NCBI GenBank assembly: GCA_025356055.1
Contig: JANXUU010000133.1
Span: 11,570-75,569 of the forward strand
DNA length: 64,000 bases
Origin: Sphingomonas sp.
GTDB taxonomy: Bacteria > Pseudomonadota > Alphaproteobacteria > Sphingomonadales > Sphingomonadaceae
Reading direction: 5' to 3'
Shown: positions 52,438-61,335 of the stretch, piece after piece
Layout of the letters: every line of letters starts with the position of its first letter
How positions within the stretch are numbered: the stretch's first letter is position 1
The notes under the pieces: generated by a model
Seen by the model: the letters and a program-made list of their open reading frames with translations, nothing else
What the model was told of the DNA's origin: nothing
The model's database searches: none
Made by a program: the position numbers and the translations under genes

Positions 52438-54921
52438 TTAGAGGTCGGGCAGCGCCTGCTTCGCCTGACCCCAGCCGGCGAGGAGCGGCGACGCGGCCCG
52501 CTCGAGCAATTCGTCGACATCGCGGATCGAGAATCGGTTGCCACCTTTCGCACTCGCCATTTCATTCCAGTCGATCGGCGCCGCGACTGGGGCGCCCTTT
52601 CGCGCTCTTGCCGAGTAAGGTAAGACCGCGGTTGCTCCTCGCTGATTGCGAAGCCAGTCGATGAAGATGCGCCCGGTGCGCTGGTTCTTGCGAATGTTGG
52701 CGGTGAACTCCTTGGGATATTGCTCTGCGATCGCGCGACTGAAACGTTCGGCGAAGCTCTTCACCGCCGGCCAGTCCGATGTTTGGTCGAGCGGCGCCAC
52801 GACGTGAATTCCCTTTCCTCCCGACAGCAGCGCGAAAGTCTCGAGCCCAAGGTCGGCGAGCAACGCACGCAACTTCTCTGCCCCGTCGCGCACCGCCCCA
52901 AAGTCCAGTCCCTCGTCAGGGTCGAGGTCGAACACCAGCCGGTCGGGTTTTTCCAACGGATCGATCCGGCTCCCCCAACCGTGGAATTCGATCGTTCCCA
53001 TCTGAACGCAGCCGAGCAGCCCTTCGACCCGGTCGACATAAAGGTAATCCTCGGTCGAACCATCCTTTTCGGTCACCGGGACGTGATGCACGAAGTCGCC
53101 CATCGCTCCCGTGTCATGCTTCTGGAAAAAGCATTTCTTCGCCCTGCCTTGTGGACAGCGGATCAGCGTCAGCGGGCGGTTGGCGGCGTCGATCATGATC
53201 GGCGCCGCAATCGCGGCATAATAATCGGCAAGCTGGCCCTTGGTGATCTCGTCGCCGGGAAAAATCACACGGTCCGGATTGGTGATCCGCGCGCCCAATG
53301 AGGCGAAGGTGGCAAGCTCGGACCTTTGCGTTTTGGCGGGTTTGGCGACTTTCTCGGGGAGTTCGCGTACGACCTGATCGGCGCGCTTGTCCTCGCGCAG
53401 GGCGATGAAGCTCGGGTGGCGAAGCACGCCCTCGGTGGTGAACTCGGTGAAGGCGATCTCGCACACCAGGCTGGGCTTGATCCAGTGCGACCCGCGCCAC
53501 ACCGTGCGCGGCACCGTCACGGGCGCTTCTTTCACTTCGAGCGGCGCCATCGTCTCCGACAGGCTCTCGAGCAGCTTGGTATCGAACCCCGTCCCGACCT
53601 TGCCTGCATAGGTTAGTTTTTTTCCCTCTCTCGCCGCAAGATGGAGCGCTCGAAACCCGCGGCGCTTGTCGCTTTCCTGCCAGCCGATAATTACGAACTC
53701 CTGGCGGTTGGTGCACTTTACCTTGAGCCAGTTCTTCGCCCGCGCGCCGGTGTAGGGCGCGCTCGCTTTCTTGGCGATGATCCCCTCGCCGCCCTCCTTG
53801 CAGATTGCCTCGAACAGCGCTTCGCCCTTGGCGAGGATATGGTCGCCGTAGGCGATCGGCCCGCCGACCCCCTTGAGCAATGACGCGAGCCGCTCCTTGC
53901 GCTCAAGATTGCCGAGCTTCGAAATATCCTCGCCGCGATCGACGATCAGGTCGAACGCGTAGAAAGCGATATCCGCCTTGCCGTCCTTCAAGGTCGACTG
54001 GAGCAGCTGGAAATCGGGCTTGCCTTTGACCCCCAGTGCCACCGCCTCGCCATCGATTAGACAACCCGCCGGAAGATCGGCAGCCGCTTTGACCATCCCG
54101 CGAAACTTGTCCGACCAATCCTTGCCATTGCGAGTCCACGCCGTCGCCGCCCCGCCCCCGGTTGCCAGCAGCAGACGGTAGCCGTCGTACTTATATTCGA
54201 ACATCCAGCCCGATCCGCTCGGCACCGCATCGACCAAAGTCGCCAATTGCGGCGGGCGAAAATCCGGCGGCGGAACCGAGGCCGCCTTGTGTGTGCGCCC
54301 GCCCTTCTTGCCGCCCTTGCTCGACAACCACACATCGGTGCCCGCCGTGATCTCGGCCATCGTTCGCCCGGTCGTCACACTGGTGAGACCATCCTCAACC
54401 AGCGCTTCGCCGTCGTCGCAGGCATTGTCATCGGTAACTTTCTTGAGCATCCAGTTTTCGCCTTTTTCGCCCGGTTTGCCCTTGAGGCGAAACATCACCC
54501 ACTCGCCCTTCATCCGCTCGCCTTCGAGCGTGAAATGCAAATGCCCCTCCTCGATTGTCTTCCTCGGATCCTTGTCGGGGTGTGGGATCCACTTGCCTTG
54601 ATCCCAAAGCATCACCGTGCCGCCGCCATATTCACCCTTTGGGATCGTCCCTTCGAACGTCCCGTAATCGAGCGGATGGTCCTCGGTCCGAACCGCCAGC
54701 CGATTGTCTTTCGGGTTGAGGCTCGGCCCGCGCGGCACCGCCCAGCTCTTGAGCACGCCGTCGAGTTCGAGCCGAAAATCCCAGTGGAGGCGCGAGGCGT
54801 CGTGCTTCTGGACGACGAAGCTGTCACCCTTCCCCTTGAGCTTGCGCCCCTTGGGCTCGCCGGTCTTCGCGAAATCGCGTTTTTCGTTGTATGTCTCGAT
54901 GTCGAGCTTGCGGGCTGGCAT
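52438..54921 (-). CDS. ligD: NHEJ DNA ligase D (phosphoesterase-ligase-polymerase)
   Basis: FVVQKHDASRLHWDFRLE, EYKYDGYR, WLKVKC, DRLVFDLDP, IDWLRNQRG. Confidence 0.97.
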   Translation of the reverse strand: MPARKLDIETYNEKRDFAKTGEPKGRKLKGKGDSFVVQKHDASRLHWDFRLELDGVLKSWAVPRGPSLNPKDNRLAVRTEDHPLDYGTFEGTIPKGEYGGGTVMLWDQGKWIPHPDKDPRKTIEEGHLHFTLEGERMKGEWVMFRLKGKPGEKGENWMLKKVTDDNACDDGEALVEDGLTSVTTGRTMAEITAGTDVWLSSKGGKKGGRTHKAASVPPPDFRPPQLATLVDAVPSGSGWMFEYKYDGYRLLLATGGGAATAWTRNGKDWSDKFRGMVKAAADLPAGCLIDGEAVALGVKGKPDFQLLQSTLKDGKADIAFYAFDLIVDRGEDISKLGNLERKERLASLLKGVGGPIAYGDHILAKGEALFEAICKEGGEGIIAKKASAPYTGARAKNWLKVKCTNRQEFVIIGWQESDKRRGFRALHLAAREGKKLTYAGKVGTGFDTKLLESLSETMAPLEVKEAPVTVPRTVWRGSHWIKPSLVCEIAFTEFTTEGVLRHPSFIALREDKRADQVVRELPEKVAKPAKTQRSELATFASLGARITNPDRVIFPGDEITKGQLADYYAAIAAPIMIDAANRPLTLIRCPQGRAKKCFFQKHDTGAMGDFVHHVPVTEKDGSTEDYLYVDRVEGLLGCVQMGTIEFHGWGSRIDPLEKPDRLVFDLDPDEGLDFGAVRDGAEKLRALLADLGLETFALLSGGKGIHVVAPLDQTSDWPAVKSFAERFSRAIAEQYPKEFTANIRKNQRTGRIFIDWLRNQRGATAVLPYSARARKGAPVAAPIDWNEMASAKGGNRFSIRDVDELLERAASPLLAGWGQAKQALPDL

Positions 54922-54924
54922 CGA

Positions 54925-55800
54925 TCAGGCCCGCTTGCGCGCCGGAGTCGTTTTTTTCGCAGGTGCCGCCTTGGCCTTTGCCGCCGGCTTCTTGGCAGGC
55001 GCCTCGTCCTCGGCCCCGCCCAGGCTCTTTTTTAGCGCTGCCATCAGGTCGATCACATTCGAGCCTTTGGCCGGCGCGTCATCGTCGGGATCCTGGATGA
55101 TCAGCTCACCCTTCGACTTGCGCTTCTCCTCGATCAGGCTTCGCAGCGCATCGACGTAGCGATTGTGGAACTCGGCCGGATCGAACGTCCCTGCCTTCTT
55201 GGCGATCAGCGTCGCGGCGAGATCGAGCAGGTCGGGATCAGGCTTGGCATCGCCGATCTCGCGGAAATAGCTCGCCGCCTTGTTGACCTCGTCCGAATAG
55301 CGCAGCGTCTCGAGCACCATTCCGCGCCCGCACGGTTTCAGGCTGACGACATATTCCTGCCCACGCATCGCCAGTTGCCCGACTCCGACCTTCTTCGCCG
55401 CCCGCAACGCATCGCGAAGGACCACGAACGCTTCCTCGGCAAGGTCGTCGGCGGGGACGACATAAGAGGGCTTGTCGTAATAGATCGCGTCGATGTCGCC
55501 ATAATCGACGAACTGGGTGAGCTCGAGCGTCTTGCGGCTCTCCAGCTTGACCGCCTCGATCTCCTCTGGCTCAAGCAGGACATATTCGCCTTTCGAGACT
55601 TCATATCCCTTGACGATCTCGTCGACGTTGACCGGCCCGATCCCGGGCACGACCTTTTCATATTTGACGCGCTTGCCGGACGGCTCGTGGACCTGGTGGA
55701 AGGCGATCGAGGCGCCACTCTTCGTCGCGGGGAAAATCTCGACCGGGATCGCGACGAGCGCCAACCTGATCTGTCCCCGCCATGCTGGCCGCGCTGCCAT
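54925..55800 (-). CDS. ku: NHEJ protein Ku
   Basis: WRGQIRLALVAIPV, KGYEVSKG, YYDKPSY, basic C-terminal tail. Confidence 0.96.
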   Translation of the reverse strand: MAARPAWRGQIRLALVAIPVEIFPATKSGASIAFHQVHEPSGKRVKYEKVVPGIGPVNVDEIVKGYEVSKGEYVLLEPEEIEAVKLESRKTLELTQFVDYGDIDAIYYDKPSYVVPADDLAEEAFVVLRDALRAAKKVGVGQLAMRGQEYVVSLKPCGRGMVLETLRYSDEVNKAASYFREIGDAKPDPDLLDLAATLIAKKAGTFDPAEFHNRYVDALRSLIEEKRKSKGELIIQDPDDDAPAKGSNVIDLMAALKKSLGGAEDEAPAKKPAAKAKAAPAKKTTPARKRA

Positions 55801-55864
55801 CGCTGTTCCCCTGTTCGGTGTGGAGCCAACAACAGTCGGCTGCGTGAAATTGTGGAGCCGATTC

Positions 55865-55889
55865 AATCATCGGACGCAGGGGTCGTTCC
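55865..55889 (-). promoter_or_regulatory. Possible EcfG-type promoter of ku-ligD
   Basis: Minus strand GGAAC-N16-GATT; -10 element deviates from (C/G)GTT. Confidence 0.4.
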
Positions 55890-55935
55890 CGAAGGTTGAC
55901 CGAAGGCGGCGGGCAATGGCAAAGGCAAGCATGAT

Positions 55936-56009
55936 GCGGGTGTAGCTCAATGGTAGAGCAGAAGCCTTCCAAGCTTACGACGAGGGTTCGATTCCCTTCA
56001 CCCGCTCCA
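55936..56009 (+). tRNA. tRNA-Gly (TCC)
   Basis: GCGGGTG/CACCCGC acceptor stem, anticodon loop CT-TCC-AA, GGTTCGATTCC T-loop, encoded CCA. Confidence 0.97.
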
Positions 56010-56296
56010 GGATTATAATCCCCAGGTCGCCAATGGGATGACCCTTCGCGCGTTGATCGTTCCCAAGGGCCAGCAAATGCCCGCCAATGACGTGCGGCAG
56101 ACCTGCGAAGGGACTAGCTGTGGGTCCGAACACGAGCGCGCTGCGGGCAACAGGTAAAGTGTGAGGTAGAACGGTCTGCGGCGTTCGCCCCGCCCCGGCT
56201 CAATGTCGTTGGTCGCGGCGGTAATTTGTCGCTCGCGTCAACGTCGTCCGATATGGTCAAGCGCGACGCCGATCGGATCGGACATTCCAGGCGCGC

Positions 56297-58660
56297 TCAG
56301 CCGAACCGCCGCGTGTCGATGAGCAATTGCGCGACAGCGTCGATGATGGCCTTGGAATCGAGCCGGTACAGGTCGAACAGATCGGGCAGGTCGCCGGTCT
56401 GGCCGAAGCGATCCGTGCCGAGCGGGCTGACACGCATCCCGCGCACCCCGCCGAGCCAGGACAGAGTCGAGGGGGCACCATCGATGATGGTGACCAGGCC
56501 GGCATGCGGGGCAAGGTCGTTCAGGAGCGCCTCGGCGTGGCAGGGTTCGCCCGCCTTGCCGGTCCAGCGCGACGCCTGATGCGCCGACCAGTCGCGGTGC
56601 AGCAGGTCGGGCGAGGTGACCATCAGCAGCCCGAGCCCGAGAACGTCGTCGGCCAGTTCATCAGCGGCGGCGAGCACTTCAGGCGTGACCGCACCGGTGA
56701 AAGCGATGGCAAGATCGGCAAGGCCGGAGGGCTTGCGCAACCAGTAGCCACCCTTGAGCGCGGGTTCGCGCCAACGGTCGTCGACGCGCTCGATTTGCGG
56801 CAACGCGCGCGTCGTCAGGCGCAGATAGACCGACCCGCCGTCCGGAGCCTGCAGATGCTCGAACGACCAGCGCATGATCGCTGCCAGCTCGTCAACATAC
56901 GCCGGCTCGAAATAGGTCAGGCCGGGCTGGCCAATCCCGATCAGCGGCGAGTTGATCGACTGATGCGCCCCGCCCTCGGGCCCAAGCGTCAGCCCCGATG
57001 GGGTCGCGACGAGAAGGAAGCGCGCACCCTGGTAACAGGCATAGTTCAACGCATCGAGCCCGCGCGCAATGAACGGATCATAGACCGTGCCGATCGGGAT
57101 CAGGCGAGTCCCGAACAAGGGCGCGGCGAGGCCGAGCGCGGCGAGCATCAGGAACAGGTTATTTTCGGCGATGCCCAATTCAATGTGCTGGCCCGCGCCA
57201 TGTCCGGCCCATTTCTGCGCGGTCGGGATTTTAGCCGCCGCGAACACGTCGCGAAGTTCCTGCCGCCGAAACAGCCCGCGCTGGTTTACGAACGCGCCAA
57301 GATTGGTCGACACCGTGACGTCCGGCGAGGTGGTGACGATGCGGTCGGCGATGGCGGCGCCGGACTTGGCGAGGTCGAGCAGGATGCGTCCGAACGCCGC
57401 CTGGGTCGCCTGCTCCGCGCCATCGGGAGTAGGAATGTCGGGCACGGCAACGGGCGGCGCGACCGGCTCACCCTTCGCCCTCGCGAGCGCGCTGCCCTCT
57501 ACGACCGCGCGGGCGGCCGCGGCGGCATTGTCGCCCATGCCGCCATAGGGCTCCCACTCGTCGCCCGGCTCGATCCCCATCGCATCGCGCAGGCTCTCGA
57601 TCTGCGTCGGGTTCATCAGACCGGAGTGATTGTCCTTGTGCCCGGCGAACGGCAGGCCGCGGCCCTTGATGGTATAGGCGATGAACAGCGTCGGTCGCTC
57701 GTCATCGCACCGCGCAAAGGCCTCAAGCAGCGTCTCGATGCAATGTCCGCCAAGATTGGTCATGAGTGCCGCCAGCGCAGCGTCGTCGTGCTCGGCTAGG
57801 AGGTCGAGCGACTTGGGCGATCCGGAGAGATCGCGTTCCAGCCGCTCGCGCCATGCCGCTCCGCCCTGATAGGTCAGCGCGGCAAATTCGGCGTTCGGGC
57901 AATTGTCGATCCACTCGCCGATCGCGGCCCCGCCGGGCCTGGCGAACGTCGCAAGCTGGATCTTGCCCTGTTTCAGCGTCTCGACCCGCCACCCGCACGT
58001 CTCGAAGATGTCGTCGAACCGGCGGAACATGCGATCGGCGGTCGTGCTGTCGAGCGACTGGCGGTTATAGTCAACGATCCACCAGCAATTGCGGACGTCA
58101 TGCTTGAAGCATTCGATCAGGCACTCGTAGATATTGCCCTCGTCGAGCTCGGCGTCGCCCATCAGCGCGATCATCCGCCCGGCGTCGGCCTCGGCCATGT
58201 CGCCATGCGCGATCAGATAGTCCTGGACGAGGCTGGCGAAAGCGGTGACCGCGACGCCGAGCCCAACCGAGCCGGTTGAAAAGTCGACCGGGATCGAGTC
58301 CTTGGTGCGCGATGGATAGCTTTGCGCGCCGCCAAGCCCGCGATACCGCTGCAAAGCGTCGAGGCTCTGCTGGCCCAGCATGTAGTGAATCGCGTGGAGC
58401 ACCGGCCCGGCGTGCGGCTTGACCGCGACCTTGTCGTTGGGGCGCAACGCACCGAAATACAGCGCGGTCATGATCGCGGTGATCGACGAGCAGCTCGCCT
58501 GATGGCCGCCGACCTTCAGCCCGTCGCGCGAATCCCGCAGGTGATTGGCGTTGTGGATCGTCCACGACGACAGCCAGCGCAGCCTTGCCTCGATGCTGTC
58601 GAGCACGGCGATTTCCCCGGGCAAGGGCTTTGACGGATGCGGCAATGTATTGGCGATCAT
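56297..58660 (-). CDS. Homodimeric AceE/MdeB-like ThDP-dependent 2-oxoacid dehydrogenase E1
   Basis: VGGHQAS, QSYP, FSTGSVGLG, GDAELDE...DYNRQSLD ThDP motif, GIAENN, EGGAHQS; start 58660 or 58672. Confidence 0.85.
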   Translation of the reverse strand: MIANTLPHPSKPLPGEIAVLDSIEARLRWLSSWTIHNANHLRDSRDGLKVGGHQASCSSITAIMTALYFGALRPNDKVAVKPHAGPVLHAIHYMLGQQSLDALQRYRGLGGAQSYPSRTKDSIPVDFSTGSVGLGVAVTAFASLVQDYLIAHGDMAEADAGRMIALMGDAELDEGNIYECLIECFKHDVRNCWWIVDYNRQSLDSTTADRMFRRFDDIFETCGWRVETLKQGKIQLATFARPGGAAIGEWIDNCPNAEFAALTYQGGAAWRERLERDLSGSPKSLDLLAEHDDAALAALMTNLGGHCIETLLEAFARCDDERPTLFIAYTIKGRGLPFAGHKDNHSGLMNPTQIESLRDAMGIEPGDEWEPYGGMGDNAAAAARAVVEGSALARAKGEPVAPPVAVPDIPTPDGAEQATQAAFGRILLDLAKSGAAIADRIVTTSPDVTVSTNLGAFVNQRGLFRRQELRDVFAAAKIPTAQKWAGHGAGQHIELGIAENNLFLMLAALGLAAPLFGTRLIPIGTVYDPFIARGLDALNYACYQGARFLLVATPSGLTLGPEGGAHQSINSPLIGIGQPGLTYFEPAYVDELAAIMRWSFEHLQAPDGGSVYLRLTTRALPQIERVDDRWREPALKGGYWLRKPSGLADLAIAFTGAVTPEVLAAADELADDVLGLGLLMVTSPDLLHRDWSAHQASRWTGKAGEPCHAEALLNDLAPHAGLVTIIDGAPSTLSWLGGVRGMRVSPLGTDRFGQTGDLPDLFDLYRLDSKAIIDAVAQLLIDTRRFG

Positions 58661-58873
58661 GTCCACGGCCATGGCATAAACCGCGCCGGTCATCCCGGCA
58701 AAAATTATTACGGCATAAGAGCCTCGCATTCAGGTCATGGCGATGCCTTGCCTGCGCACCGCAATTGCGATGATCGAAAACGCGATGATTTTGACATGCC
58801 GCCATGCGCAAATGCGATTTTCAATCGACCCGCCGGTCGTGCGAATTACGGCCGCATGATGGGGAGGCGTTAG

Positions 58874-60079
58874 GTGGACCTTGAGGAGATCTCGGCGCAG
58901 TTGTGCGCGCGGCCTCCTGGCCATTCGCTGCCCCAGCCATTCTACACCGACCCCGATTTCTTCGACTTCGATCTGACCGCGATTTTCGCGCGAAGCTGGC
59001 TGTTCGTCGGGTTCGAGGTCGAGCTCGGCAAACCCGGCGATTATCTCTCGCTGACCATCGGGCAGTGGCCGATTTTGATCATGCGCGGCCGCGACGGGAC
59101 GGTGCGCGGCTTCCACAACAGCTGTCGTCATCGCGGGTCGGCGCTGTGCCCGTCCGGATCCGGCCATGCCGCGCGCATGGTCTGCCCCTATCACCGCTGG
59201 ACTTATGGGCTCGACGGCAAGTTGCTCGCGGCGGGGCGGATGCCGGACGATTTCGACAAGAGCGAGTACGGCCTGAACCCGATCAACCTCGAGATCGTCG
59301 CCGGAGCGATTTTAGTGTGCCTTGCCGACACCCCGCCGCCGCTCGACACGATGCGCCGCGACCTGACGCCGCTGCTTGCCCCGCAGAACTTCGCCCATGC
59401 CAAGCTCGCGCACCAGTCGGTCCTGATCGAACAGGCTAATTGGAAGCTGGTCATGGAGAACGCGCGCGAATGCTATCATTGTGCGACCGGCCACCCCGAG
59501 CTGTCGCGTACCTTCCCGGTCAACGCCTCGGCCTATTTCGACATTGATACCGAAGCGTCACGGGGATTCGAGGAGCGCATCGCCGCGCTCGGCCTGCCGA
59601 TGGGCCCGGCGGGCGAGGATTGGTGGCAGGCGGTTCGCTTCCCGCTAAACGAAGGCACGGTGGCGATGACCATGGACGGCCAGTTCAACGTCGCGAAACT
59701 GATGTGCGAAGCGGGCGGCGGCGACACCGGATCGATGCGCTGGGCGATCGAGCCCAATGTCTTCTGCCATTCGACCAGCGAATATACGTTCGCCTTCACC
59801 GCCATGCCGATCTCGCCGACCGAAACCCATGTCGTGTCGAAATGGCTGGTTCATGAGGATGCGGTCGAGGGGGTCGACTATACAATCGAGACGCTGACCG
59901 ACCTGTGGACCCGAACCAACCTGCAGGACAAGGCACTGGCCGAGAACAACCAGCGGGGCATTTTCTCACCCGGTTACACGCCGGGGCCGTACAGCCCCGA
60001 CGCGGAATCGCTGACGATGCGCCTCGTCGACTGGTATTGTGCGACTTCGCGCCGCTTTCTCGACGAGGCCAGGGCATGA
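58874..60079 (+). CDS. Rieske non-heme iron oxygenase alpha subunit, GbcA/Stc2-like
   Basis: CRHRG...CPYHRWTY Rieske motif, ENARECYHC..GHPEL iron ligands, QD...E.NQRG. Confidence 0.88.
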   Translation: MDLEEISAQLCARPPGHSLPQPFYTDPDFFDFDLTAIFARSWLFVGFEVELGKPGDYLSLTIGQWPILIMRGRDGTVRGFHNSCRHRGSALCPSGSGHAARMVCPYHRWTYGLDGKLLAAGRMPDDFDKSEYGLNPINLEIVAGAILVCLADTPPPLDTMRRDLTPLLAPQNFAHAKLAHQSVLIEQANWKLVMENARECYHCATGHPELSRTFPVNASAYFDIDTEASRGFEERIAALGLPMGPAGEDWWQAVRFPLNEGTVAMTMDGQFNVAKLMCEAGGGDTGSMRWAIEPNVFCHSTSEYTFAFTAMPISPTETHVVSKWLVHEDAVEGVDYTIETLTDLWTRTNLQDKALAENNQRGIFSPGYTPGPYSPDAESLTMRLVDWYCATSRRFLDEARA

Positions 60080-61335
60080 CCACGCACGACGACCCGACCT
60101 GGCATCCCGAAACGCTGGCCGTGCGCGCCGGCTATGATCCGGCGAGCGCGGGCAATTCGGCCAAGCCACCGATCACCATGACCTCGACCTTCGCCTATAA
60201 ATCTGCGCGGCAGGCGAAGGATATCCACGAAGCCTATTTCTCCGGCACCGGGCCCGAGGCGGGCAAGCCCAACCACATCTACGCGCGGCTCGGCCACCCC
60301 AATCTCGACATGGTCGAGGCGCGGCTGGCGGCGCTCGACGGTGCCGAGGCAGCCGCGGTGTTCAACAGCGGCATGGCAACCCACAGCGCGATCGCTCTGG
60401 CGCACCTGCGGCCCGGCGACAGCGTCGTCTTCAGCCGCCCGATCTATGGCGGGACCAACGGGCTGCTGACCCAGTTCATGCCGAACTTCGGGGTGAAGCC
60501 GTTCGCCTTTACCGACGGTTGCGACCGAGCGGACATCGAGCGCTCGGTCGAGTTGGCCCTCGCGGCGGGTCCGCTCAAGCTGATCGTCATCGAAACTCCG
60601 GCCAACCCCACCGCGGCGATGGTCGATATCGCGCTGATCGTGGAAATCGCCGATGCAATCGGGATGCGCACCGGCACGCGCCCGCTGGTAGTCGTCGACA
60701 ATACGCTGCTCGGCCCGCTGATGCAGCGCCCAATCGCGCTCGGCGTCGACCTGTGCATGACCTCGCTGACCAAATAGTGCGGCGGGCACAGCGACTTGCT
60801 TGCCGGCGGGGTAAGCGGGCGGGCCGAGCTCATCCACCCGCTCCGCCTGCTGCGCACCACGCTTGGCAGCCACCTTGACCCCTACACGAGCTGGCTGTTG
60901 CTGCGCTCGATGGAGACCGTCCACCTGCGGATGGAGCGCGCCTCCGCCAATGCCCGCCGCGTCGCCGAAGCGCTGCGCGTCCACCCCAAGGTGGCCAGCA
61001 TCACCTACCTCGGCTTTCTCGAAGACGGATCGCCCGAGCGCGCTGTCTACGGCCGTCAGTGCACCGGCGCCGGATCGACCTTCTCGTTCGCGCTTCACGG
61101 CGGCGAGGCCGAGGCGTTTCGCTTCCTCGATGCGCTCCGACTGCTGAGCTTTGCGGTCAGCCTTGGCGGGTCGGAAACGCTGATCACCCATCCCGCGACG
61201 ACCACCCACTATTCACTGTCGCCCGAAGAACGCGCGGCGGGCGGGATTACCGATTCGACGCTTCGGCTTTCGGTCGGGATCGAGCATGGCGACGACCTGA
61301 TCGCCGACATCACGCGCGCGCTGGAGGCAGTCTGA
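60076..61335 (+). pseudogene. Cys/Met-metabolism PLP enzyme (methionine gamma-lyase/cystathionine gamma-synthase family) with an internal TAG
   Basis: HPETL, IYARLGHPN, FNSGMA, ETPANPT, DNT, SLTK*CGGHSD, VSLGGSETLITHP, LRLSVGIE all in one frame; TAG at 60775-60777. Confidence 0.85.

Noticed and set aside
56010-56296. Possible integrase remnant after the tRNA
   Set aside because: The frames I translated by hand gave no recognisable recombinase motif
56327-57799. 490-aa plus-strand ORF opposite the AceE-like gene, and 411-aa and 514-aa minus-strand ORFs opposite the catabolic operon
   Set aside because: Antisense artefacts of high-GC coding sequence
60775-60777. Pyrrolysine recoding of the TAG, tempting given the methylamine-related context
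   Set aside because: The position is a conserved Tyr in a PLP-lyase motif, not a methyltransferase active site; no pyl genes or tRNA-Pyl are in the window; many ordinary genes here end in TAG
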